A stretch of 63,056 nt of DNA from Tissierellia bacterium (GCA_012735405.1 JAAYHM010000143.1:1-63056), one strand, 5' to 3'. Counted from the stretch's first letter, positions 18,883 to 26,636 are shown. The notes: a model not told the origin generated them from the letters alone. A program made the numbers and translations.

Positions 18883-20061
18883 TTATTTTCCCTCCTTAAC
18901 CTTCTCATACAAAGGTGACATAGTTCTTAATCTTGATACAATTTCTGCAAGCTTTTCTACAACATAATCTACTTCTTCTTCAGTATTAAAATCTCCCAAG
19001 GTCAACCTTACTGAACCATGGGCAATTTCATGGGAAAGTCCAATAGCTAGTAAAACATGGGATGGTTCTAAAGAACCTGAGGTACAGGCAGAACCACTAG
19101 ATGCTGCAATACCTTCCATATCAAGACTTAGCAGTATTGATTCACCTTCTATAAACTCAAAACAGACATTTACATTTCCAGGAAGCCTATTTGTTGGATG
19201 GCCATTTAGTCTTACATAATCTATTTTTTCTAGGATTTTATTTATCATTCTATCCCTTAATTTAATAAGTTTAGCATTCTTTCCTTCTAAATTTTCATAA
19301 GCCAGCTCTATAGCTTTTCCCATACCAACTATTCCTGGTACATTTTCTGTGCCTGCCCTTCTATTCCTTTCCTGTCCACCTCCAGTAATTAGAGGATCTA
19401 TTTTCACACCTTTTCTTACATATAAGGCACCAATTCCTTTTGGCCCGTAAAATTTATGGGCTGACATAGATAATAAATCTATATTTAATTCATTAACATC
19501 AATTTTAATATGTCCTATTGCTTGAACAGCATCAGTATGAAAATATATACCTTTTTCTTTGGCAATCTTACCTATTTCTTTTATTGGCTGAATAGTACCT
19601 ATTTCGTTGTTTGCAAACATAATAGAAATTAATATAGTATCATCAGTAATAGATTTTTTTAATTGCTCTAAATCTACAATTCCATATTGGTCAACATCCA
19701 AGTAGGTTACCCTAAATCCTTCCTTCTCTAAATATTCGCATGTATGTAATACAGCGTGATGTTCAATCTTACTTGTAATTATATGATTGCCTTTATCTTT
19801 ATTTGCATAAGCAACACCTTTTATTGCCCAGTTATCAGCTTCTGATCCACCGGCTGTAAAAAATATCTCTCTAGGATCAGCATTGATTGCTTTTGCAACT
19901 TTTTCTCTTGATATTGATATGGCATTTTTAGATTTGCTACCAAGAGTATATATACTAGATGGATTGCCATAGTTAACATTAAAATAAGGTAGCATTTCAT
20001 CTAATACTTCTTTTTTTACAGGTGTTGTAGCTGCATTATCCATATAAATATACTTATCCAT
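18883..20061 (-). CDS. nifS: cysteine desulfurase NifS/IscS
   Basis: PLP lysine SAHKFYGPKG and active-site SSGSACTSG. I prefer ATG 20061 (MDKYIYMDNAATTP), which follows the iscR stop and a G-rich RBS, over the track start at 20091. Confidence 0.93.
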   Translation of the reverse strand: MDKYIYMDNAATTPVKKEVLDEMLPYFNVNYGNPSSIYTLGSKSKNAISISREKVAKAINADPREIFFTAGGSEADNWAIKGVAYANKDKGNHIITSKIEHHAVLHTCEYLEKEGFRVTYLDVDQYGIVDLEQLKKSITDDTILISIMFANNEIGTIQPIKEIGKIAKEKGIYFHTDAVQAIGHIKIDVNELNIDLLSMSAHKFYGPKGIGALYVRKGVKIDPLITGGGQERNRRAGTENVPGIVGMGKAIELAYENLEGKNAKLIKLRDRMINKILEKIDYVRLNGHPTNRLPGNVNVCFEFIEGESILLSLDMEGIAASSGSACTSGSLEPSHVLLAIGLSHEIAHGSVRLTLGDFNTEEEVDYVVEKLAEIVSRLRTMSPLYEKVKEGK

Positions 20062-20062
20062 A

Positions 20063-20509
20063 TTAAACCCCCCCAACAGACTTATTAGCACTTTCTATTT
20101 CTTTTTGTTCATCTACCATATCCTGTAAGGTTATAGAATCAATTACGTTGTTGATGCTATCCTTCATTCTCTTCCAAACTAACCTAGTAACACATTTTTC
20201 TTCCCTATGACAGCTAGAATTGTCGTCTGTTACACAATAAACAGGTGCCATGTCTCCTTCCAGAGCCCTTAAAATATTTCCTACTGTTATATTTTTTGGG
20301 TGTTTAGCTAACATATACCCACCCTGGGCACCTCTAACGCTTTTTATTAGTCCAACTTTTCTTAAGGTAGAAAAAAGCTGTTCTAAATAGTTCTCAGAAA
20401 GTTCCTGTTGGCTTGCAATAACATTTAAGGGAATAGGACCTTGTCCATAGTGTAAAGCTAATTGAAACATTGCTTTAAGTCCATATCTTCCTCTAGTAGA
20501 TAGTTTCAT
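20063..20509 (-). CDS. iscR: Rrf2 family transcriptional regulator (IscR/CymR-like)
   Basis: MKLSTRGRYGLKAM.. is the Rrf2 N-terminus (ATG 20509, GAGGTG RBS). Three-Cys region CVTDDNSSCHREEKC. The track ORF extends artificially to 20590. Confidence 0.88.
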   Translation of the reverse strand: MKLSTRGRYGLKAMFQLALHYGQGPIPLNVIASQQELSENYLEQLFSTLRKVGLIKSVRGAQGGYMLAKHPKNITVGNILRALEGDMAPVYCVTDDNSSCHREEKCVTRLVWKRMKDSINNVIDSITLQDMVDEQKEIESANKSVGGV

Positions 20510-20537
20510 ATTAACACCTCTTCCCAATTCCAACCAT

Positions 20538-20587
20538 ATTACTAGGTATTCATAATAAAGTATAGTATACCCTAGTAATTTTGTCAA
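20538..20587 (-). promoter_or_regulatory. sigma-A promoter of iscR-nifS-nifU with flanking inverted repeat (candidate Rrf2 operator)
   Basis: Minus strand TTGACA (20587..20582), 17 nt, TATACT (20564..20559). Imperfect inverted repeat ATTACTAGGGTAT (20579..20567) / ATACCTAGTAAT (20549..20538) brackets the -10. Confidence 0.5.
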
Positions 20588-20661
20588 CATTCTATGCTAC
20601 ACATGTATATTATCCCTTATACACAGTAAACTTACTATAAAATCTGAGATTTTTTCTACCT

Positions 20662-20694
20662 TTAAAATAAAATAAAAAGGAGCCTAAGCTCCTC
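20662..20694 (-). terminator. rho-independent terminator after the 213-aa islet gene
   Basis: GGAGC-cuaa-GCUCC (20679..20692), followed on the minus strand by UUUUUAUUUUAUUUU. Confidence 0.75.
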
Positions 20695-20697
20695 ACA

Positions 20698-21339
20698 TTA
20701 ATCCTCCTCGCATATATCTCCATATTGTAGTGGGAAAAATAGTGGAAATGGCTCATTATCAAAATCATCACAGATATCTTCCTGTACAAAATCTTGTGCT
20801 GGTGGTGGTTCAGGGCAGAATCCAAATGTAGGTACTAAAAGTTGCACCCTGCCAACCACTTTTATTATTATGAATATTCCTACTGCAAAAATCACTCTAT
20901 TATCCATTATTTCTGGTTGTCCTAGTACCCTAGAACTAGTTTCGACAATAACATTAAGTTGGAACTCATCCCTTGCTTCAGGCATAAATAGTATAATGTC
21001 CTTATCTATATCTGGTAAATTTCTCTCAAGAGTTGTTCCATCTTTTAAAATTATTCTATATGGTATTCTTATTGTAAATCGTGCTCTTTTAAAATTTGGT
21101 TTATTAGGTATTTTATCTAATCTCAGTGTTTCAGGCAGAATAAAACCCGGATCAAATTTTATTGTGCGGAAGGTGCCATTTTCAATTTCTGCTTCTACTG
21201 AAGTAAAACACTCTCTAGCTTGATACTGGGCGTATACCTTATCTACTATTAGACAATCCACTTCTTTTATATGATTTAAATCAAACTCTATCTTTCCGCC
21301 TGAATCATAAATATTTTGAGCAGTTGTCATATTTTTCAC
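20698..21339 (-). CDS. hypothetical protein with acidic Cys-containing C-terminal tail
   Basis: 213-aa ORF, AAAGGAGTG RBS, own terminator. I recognise no family. C-terminus CPEPPPAQDFVQEDICDDFDNEPFPLFFPLQYGDICEED. Confidence 0.7.
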   Translation of the reverse strand: MKNMTTAQNIYDSGGKIEFDLNHIKEVDCLIVDKVYAQYQARECFTSVEAEIENGTFRTIKFDPGFILPETLRLDKIPNKPNFKRARFTIRIPYRIILKDGTTLERNLPDIDKDIILFMPEARDEFQLNVIVETSSRVLGQPEIMDNRVIFAVGIFIIIKVVGRVQLLVPTFGFCPEPPPAQDFVQEDICDDFDNEPFPLFFPLQYGDICEED

Positions 21340-21427
21340 TCCTTTTATTTAATAAAATCATATCTACTTTCATATTATGAAATATATAAAGATTTGTGAT
21401 ATTTGTTTAAGAATAGGGAGGATATAA

Positions 21428-22657
21428 ATGAAAAAAAATTTGGCTATAAGGGAAGTTATTTTTATAAAGGATTCTTTTAAACAAAGTTTTGTTTTCTTCA
21501 AAGATAATAATGAAAACCTTATATTTGATAAAGTTAATGTAGAAAACAACTCCACAGTAATAGATAAGGACGTATTAGATTTTTCTGCTGCCATCGATGA
21601 GAATAACAGGTTGCATCTAATCTATATACATAAGAAGGGTGATCTTATATATGGTATATACTCAGATAAGAGCTGGCAAAAAAGAACAATTGGAAAATTT
21701 GATATCCAATCTAATACTTACAGACATCTAACCCTATATGTACACAACAATATAGTTAACATCTTTTATGTTTCTGCTAATTTAATAAACCTAAATCTAT
21801 GGACTATTGAACATATTGTAAAACAAAAAAACAAATGGCAAAAACATATTGTAGCTAACATTTTTTCGGAAAAAGCTGTGGATCCTTTTTTCATCGATAG
21901 GGACGAATTTGGAAATATACACCTGGTTTATAGTGGCAAGGAGTACAATAACTACAATATTTACTATTTATTCTATAATATCTTTACAAAAAGATGGGCT
22001 ACTACTCCTACTCAAATTTCATCATCTTTATCTAATAATACTCTCCCTTACTTGTTTGTAGATTCTCATAATAATATACACATATTATGGTATAGCTCAA
22101 ATAATAGGGATTATTTCCTTAACTATAAGCGCTATTCTTCCATTGGTGATAGTAGATATCAATGGAAGGAAATTAAGCTGCCTAAAATTTTAGGATACAA
22201 TTATCCTGCCCTTATGTTTGAAAAATACAATAATTTAAACATAGTATATATTTCTCAGGAAGAAATTTTCAATCTAGTCTCTAAGGATTATGGTATCAAT
22301 TGGTTTTTAGATAATAAAAGACATATGGAACAGGATCCAGTTTATTTAATTAAGTATTACAATCTTACGCTAAATAGGCGTGAAAATAAGCTAAATCATT
22401 ATTATGGAAATATTGATAATGGTAGTATTTCTTTTTACTTTGATGATTTCCATGAGGATTTACTAGACAAAAATCTTATTACAGAAGCTGACTTAGATAA
22501 GGAAAAAAGGGAATTAGAAGATCTTAAAGATACCTTACTGGATTTACAAAAACAATTAAGTGCTATAAAAGAGGACATGGAATCAATAAAGAATAAATTA
22601 CAAGATATTGAAGAAAAAGCCCTAAGTAAGAAAAGTTTCTTGAATATTAGATGGTAA
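21428..22657 (+). CDS. hypothetical beta-propeller-like repeat protein with one Asp-box and a C-terminal coiled coil
   Basis: Only convincing plus-strand gene. AGGGAGG RBS 6 nt before the ATG. Repeated h-[HN]-[IL]-[IV]-[YW] strands about every 50 aa (RLHLIYI, IVNIFYV, NIHLVYS, NIHILWY, LNIVYI). SKDYGINW fits the BNR Asp-box SxDxGxxW. The last ~60 aa are a heptad-rich coiled coil. Confidence 0.75.
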   Translation: MKKNLAIREVIFIKDSFKQSFVFFKDNNENLIFDKVNVENNSTVIDKDVLDFSAAIDENNRLHLIYIHKKGDLIYGIYSDKSWQKRTIGKFDIQSNTYRHLTLYVHNNIVNIFYVSANLINLNLWTIEHIVKQKNKWQKHIVANIFSEKAVDPFFIDRDEFGNIHLVYSGKEYNNYNIYYLFYNIFTKRWATTPTQISSSLSNNTLPYLFVDSHNNIHILWYSSNNRDYFLNYKRYSSIGDSRYQWKEIKLPKILGYNYPALMFEKYNNLNIVYISQEEIFNLVSKDYGINWFLDNKRHMEQDPVYLIKYYNLTLNRRENKLNHYYGNIDNGSISFYFDDFHEDLLDKNLITEADLDKEKRELEDLKDTLLDLQKQLSAIKEDMESIKNKLQDIEEKALSKKSFLNIRW

Positions 22658-22660
22658 ATA

Positions 22661-22716
22661 ACAAATTCTCCTTTCTAGTTAGATTTCATTGTGTATTCCT
22701 AGAAAGGAGAATTTGT
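22661..22716. terminator. 18-bp perfect inverted repeat between convergent genes (bidirectional terminator candidate)
   Basis: ACAAATTCTCCTTTCTAG (22661..22678) / CTAGAAAGGAGAATTTGT (22699..22716) with a 20-nt loop. U-tails are weak in both directions. Confidence 0.5.
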
Positions 22717-22792
22717 AAATGCTAGATTAAATTATCTTAATTAATAATGGGAATATGGGAAAACATTATAGTATTTATGCTTTAATATTTAA

Positions 22793-23329
22793 CTAGCAAA
22801 GGTCATAAACTAAGGCTGATATTGCTCCTTGGTTAACATTTAATGCAGCTGCTACTGCTACTGCAGCAGTCGCCTCTACTGTAACCCTGTATACGCAGTG
22901 TTTTTCGTAGCATTCATTATGGTCACATATGCTGAAGGCTACTGGTATTGATGCTCCAGCTACAAGGGCTATTCCTGGACTTACATCAAAGGATTGAATT
23001 TCAGTTTCTTCTTCTTTTCCACAACGCTTAAATACTCTAAATGTTATAGTTGTATCTACAGCAAGGGCAGCACTTACAGTAATTACAGCTGTAAGATCAA
23101 GTTTTACAGTTGGTCTCTTGAAGCAGTGTAAGCCTGATAGGGTTAAACTTCCTAAGGTTCTTGGAGTAACAACTTCACCAACAGCAACAACGCCTAATCC
23201 ATTAGCGCCAGTTAGGTTATTGCATCTAACCAAAACATTTTGAGGCTTGCAATCTATCGGTGAATGACAATCAGAATCATGTTTTCCGCATTTGCTTGGC
23301 TTATAGCCTGGCTGGTAATAAACTGCCAT
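22793..23329 (-). CDS. cysteine-rich, Ala/Val/Thr-rich hypothetical protein (candidate spore coat/exosporium structural protein)
   Basis: 178 aa, AAGGAGGGAG RBS. 10 Cys including the C-terminal residue. N-terminal YYQPGYKPSKCGKHDSDCHSPIDCKP, then beta-rich A/V/T tracts (TAVITVSAALAVDTTITF, VTVEATAAVAVAAALNV). Confidence 0.7.
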   Translation of the reverse strand: MAVYYQPGYKPSKCGKHDSDCHSPIDCKPQNVLVRCNNLTGANGLGVVAVGEVVTPRTLGSLTLSGLHCFKRPTVKLDLTAVITVSAALAVDTTITFRVFKRCGKEEETEIQSFDVSPGIALVAGASIPVAFSICDHNECYEKHCVYRVTVEATAAVAVAAALNVNQGAISALVYDLC

Positions 23330-23476
23330 AATAACATCTCCCTCCTTAAAAAATATAAATATGTCTTTGCATTATCAATATATTGAAATACTATAGTTTT
23401 GGTTACTTTTTTTAGTTTAAATTTACAAATTTATTGGACTAGGATGATGTTACTATGCCAGTACTAAAAAATTTAT

Positions 23477-24538
23477 TTATACTCCTAAATATACCTTGCT
23501 GTTTCTTCCTACTATTATTTTATGGCTTTTTTTCACGCTTCTAGTACCCATAATTGTAGAACCTTCTCCAATAACTGAAGAATCAATGGGGTCCTCTATT
23601 CCCCATATATTACATCTATCTAGTATAATGGAATTTTCTATATTAGATTTGTCTATGGTAACTCCATTACCTATTGAAGTATAGGGGCCTATATAGGAAT
23701 TTTTTATAGTGGTATTTTGTCCAATGACTATAGGACCCCTAATTATACTATTATAAACTGTTGAGCCCTCCATGAGTATTATTTTGCCAGATACTTTAGA
23801 ATTAATCACTTCACCTGCTATATTTTCCTCCACGGAGGATAATATATCAATATTTTGCTCTATTAGCTCTGAAGGGCTATCTATATCTCTCCAGCTACCC
23901 TTTAACTTTTCATAGCCAACCTTGTGTCCGTTTCCCATTAGCCACTTTACTACATTAACAATTTGGTATTGCCCCTTATTAGAATCCTCTATAGCCTTAG
24001 AGGCTTCAAATATATTTTTATTAAAAGCATACAGGCCTGTAATAGCCCAGTTGCTAAAGGCCATTTTAGGCCTTTCTTCTAGATCTATGATCCTTCCATT
24101 TCCTATATAGGCTACTGAAAATTTTTCAGGTTCTTCTACTTCCTTCAACAAAATTTTGCAAGTCATTTCCTCTTCCTCAAAATTACTTATGAAGCTTTTC
24201 AAATCAAAATCAAAAAAATTGTCCCCTAAAAGCATAATAAACTTATCTCCCTTAATAAATTCTTCAGCCAGTAGCAAGGCATGGACTATTCCTTTTGATT
24301 CTTTCTCGATTAAATATTGAAAATCCTTTTTTAAATAATACTTAAGCACCTTTTCAAATATAGGCTTATTAAATGCATTTACCACAATTGCTAATTCATT
24401 TATACCTGATTTTAACAATAGCTCTATAGTATAAACTAATAATGGCTTATTTCCTATTGGAATTAGCTCTTTAGGAATTGTATAGCTAATAGGAGTAAGA
24501 TTTTTATCTTCACCTCCACAAAGTATAAGCGCCTTCAA
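23477..24538 (-). CDS. sugar-1-phosphate nucleotidyltransferase-like protein (long RmlA-type with C-terminal left-handed beta-helix), catalytic signature degenerate
   Basis: 353 aa, TTG start with AAGGGGG RBS. N-terminus MKALILCGGEDKNLTPISYTIPKELIPIGNKP aligns by eye to the GGxGTRLxPLT family signature, with GTR replaced by DKN. LLGDN is retained. Hexapeptide-repeat C-terminus (IGQNTTIKNSYIGPYTSIGNGVTI..). Confidence 0.8.
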   Translation of the reverse strand: MKALILCGGEDKNLTPISYTIPKELIPIGNKPLLVYTIELLLKSGINELAIVVNAFNKPIFEKVLKYYLKKDFQYLIEKESKGIVHALLLAEEFIKGDKFIMLLGDNFFDFDLKSFISNFEEEEMTCKILLKEVEEPEKFSVAYIGNGRIIDLEERPKMAFSNWAITGLYAFNKNIFEASKAIEDSNKGQYQIVNVVKWLMGNGHKVGYEKLKGSWRDIDSPSELIEQNIDILSSVEENIAGEVINSKVSGKIILMEGSTVYNSIIRGPIVIGQNTTIKNSYIGPYTSIGNGVTIDKSNIENSIILDRCNIWGIEDPIDSSVIGEGSTIMGTRSVKKSHKIIVGRNSKVYLGV

Positions 24539-24660
24539 TCTATTGCCCCCTTTTACAATCCAATTCCACTAGATAAAACTATTATATGTTTAGGGGAGAG
24601 GAATAATAATTGTTTAATATAACATTTATAAATTTATTTTATAATAGAAGCAGGATAATA

Positions 24661-24717
24661 AAATGAAAAACTTCCAAGTGGATAATCTAATTTAAATTAG
24701 AATATCTACTTGGAAGT
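24661..24717 (-). terminator. long-stem rho-independent terminator after the threonine dehydrogenase-like gene
   Basis: ACTTCCAAGT (24670..24679) / ACTTGGAAGT (24708..24717), with further internal pairing around AATTTAAATT, then UUUUUCAUUUU on the minus strand. Confidence 0.75.
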
Positions 24718-24740
24718 ATCCTATCAAGAGAAAGATCTTT

Positions 24741-25697
24741 TTATAGACCTAGTTTAACCCTTAGCTTTTCAAGCATATCCTTAGTCATAGAATCCAGGTC
24801 ATAATCTGGATTCCAGCCCCACTCTTCCCTAGCTGCTGAATCGTCAAGGGAATTTGGCCATGATTCTGCAATTGCCTGCCTTACTGGATCCACATCATAA
24901 TCCAATTCAAACTCAGGAATGTATTTTCTAATGGATGCAGCAATTTCTTCTGGATCAAAGCTCATGGCAGTAACATTAAATGCATTTCTGTGTATAAGTT
25001 TTGATGGATCTGCTTCCATAAGCTGTATTATTGCTTTAAGGGCATCTGGCATATACATCATATCCATCTTAGTACCCTTGGCTATGAAGGAAGTATACTT
25101 TTTATGCTTTAAGGCGTCATAGTATATGTGGACTGCATAGTCTGTAGTTCCTCCACCTGGCAAGGTTTCATAAGAAATCAGTCCAGGGAAACGCACTCCT
25201 CTAGTATCTACTCCAAATTTATGGTAATAATAGTCACATAAAAGTTCTCCAGCTACTTTAGTTACTCCATATATAGTATTTGGTCTTTGTATTGTATCCT
25301 GAGGTGTATTATCCTTTGGTGTCGAATCTCCAAAAGCAGCTATTGAACTTGGTGTAAATACTGAACAATTTTCTTCTCTGGCCACTTCTAAAACATTGTA
25401 AAGTCCATTCATATTAATGTCCCATGCCCTTTGAGGATTTTTTTCTCCAACAGCAGATAAAATAGCTGCCAAATGAATTATAGTGTTTACTTTATATTTT
25501 CTAACTAATTCAGATAAACCTTTTCCATCTGTTACATCCAATATTTCAAAAATACCAGATTCTATTAATTCTTCATGGCCTTCTTTAATTCTTCTACTGG
25601 TAGCAATCACATTGTCTGTACCGTATTCTTTTCTCAATAGCATGGTTAGTTCAGAACCAATTTGTCCTAAAGCTCCTGTTACCAATATTTTTCTCAT
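24741..25697 (-). CDS. NAD-dependent epimerase/dehydratase-fold enzyme, most similar to SDR-type L-threonine 3-dehydrogenase
   Basis: TGALGQIGSEL Rossmann motif, YGVTK catalytic YxxxK, GGGTTDYAV. ATG 25697 with GGAGGTG RBS 7 nt upstream (the track starts at GTG 25703). Confidence 0.7.
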   Translation of the reverse strand: MRKILVTGALGQIGSELTMLLRKEYGTDNVIATSRRIKEGHEELIESGIFEILDVTDGKGLSELVRKYKVNTIIHLAAILSAVGEKNPQRAWDINMNGLYNVLEVAREENCSVFTPSSIAAFGDSTPKDNTPQDTIQRPNTIYGVTKVAGELLCDYYYHKFGVDTRGVRFPGLISYETLPGGGTTDYAVHIYYDALKHKKYTSFIAKGTKMDMMYMPDALKAIIQLMEADPSKLIHRNAFNVTAMSFDPEEIAASIRKYIPEFELDYDVDPVRQAIAESWPNSLDDSAAREEWGWNPDYDLDSMTKDMLEKLRVKLGL

Positions 25698-25727
25698 TGG
25701 CACACCTCCAAAATATTAAATTTAAGT

Positions 25728-25768
25728 GTGTTATAATAATAACTATCTATTAGTTATTATTATAACAC
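25728..25768 (-). terminator. AT-rich 18-bp hairpin after degV
   Basis: GTGTTATAATAATAACTA (25728..25745) / TAGTTATTATTATAACAC (25751..25768). Confidence 0.5.
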
Positions 25769-25792
25769 AACAACACTTATATCATCAATAAA

Positions 25793-26620
25793 TTAGTAAA
25801 AGCAAATACCTATGGCTTTAGGTCCTATATGACAACCTATAACAGGACCAATTTCATCAATGGATATTTTAGCATCAGGAAACTTTTCTTCAAGGCTTTC
25901 CTTAAGCTTTAATGCTTCAGGCTCGTTTAAAACATGACATATGCTGATTCTTTTTACATCCTCTGGTATCTTTTTAACCATAGCTGCTATGGCCTTAGAT
26001 TTTCCTCTAACTTTTTCTAATAATTTCAATTCTCCATCCTCAAGCATTATAATAGGTTTAACATTTAAGACATCTCCGATTATGGATTGAATGCTTGAAA
26101 GTCTTCCACCTCTTTTTAAATATTCCAAAGTATCCACTGTGAGAAAAATTGACATTTTTTTCTTCTTCTCTTCCAGATGGGATACTATGTCCTCCTTAGT
26201 CTTCCCCTTTTGTATCATATTTAATGCATCTTCAACTAAAAATCTTAAATTAGTTGCAGCCTGCAATGAATCTACAATAGTAATCCTTTCATCTCCTAAC
26301 ATATTTTTAGCTAATACTGCATTAGAGTAAGTTCCACTTAATTTAGAAGATAAAAGTATTACTATTATAGATTCGTATCCTTCATCAATGGCCTTCTTAT
26401 ACACTTCAATAAATTCACCAGTTGATGGCTGAGAAGTAGTAGGGAATAAATTTGAGTTTGCAAGTTTATAGAAAAATTCTTCAAATTCTCCAGGAAATCC
26501 CTCCTTTTCTTCTACACCATCAAAGGAATAATTAAGTTTTACTACTGAAATATTGTGTTTTTCAGCAAAATCCTTTGTAATATAACTTGTAGAATCTGTT
26601 ATTATTTTAATTTTTTTCAC
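25793..26620 (-). CDS. DegV family fatty-acid-binding protein
   Basis: 275 aa. KIKIITDSTS N-terminus, LSSKLSGTY, TLEYLKRGGRLS. GTG start with TAGGAGGG RBS. Confidence 0.88.
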   Translation of the reverse strand: MKKIKIITDSTSYITKDFAEKHNISVVKLNYSFDGVEEKEGFPGEFEEFFYKLANSNLFPTTSQPSTGEFIEVYKKAIDEGYESIIVILLSSKLSGTYSNAVLAKNMLGDERITIVDSLQAATNLRFLVEDALNMIQKGKTKEDIVSHLEEKKKKMSIFLTVDTLEYLKRGGRLSSIQSIIGDVLNVKPIIMLEDGELKLLEKVRGKSKAIAAMVKKIPEDVKRISICHVLNEPEALKLKESLEEKFPDAKISIDEIGPVIGCHIGPKAIGICFY

Positions 26621-26636
26621 AAAATCCCTCCTAAAT

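Noticed and set aside
20610-20825. 71-aa minus-strand ORF overlapping the 3' end of the 213-aa gene and its terminator.
   Set aside because: It is an alternative frame running through a terminator hairpin and intergenic DNA. It has no RBS and an implausible composition.
21370-21594. 74-aa minus-strand ORF across the divergent promoter and the 5' end of the plus-strand gene.
   Set aside because: It overlaps the RBS and start of a much better supported gene on the other strand and has no SD.
22793-23329. Locally elevated GC as evidence for horizontal transfer of the Cys-rich gene.
   Set aside because: The GC rise is explained by Ala/Val/Thr/Gly codon content. There are no flanking repeats, integrase or tRNA to support mobility.
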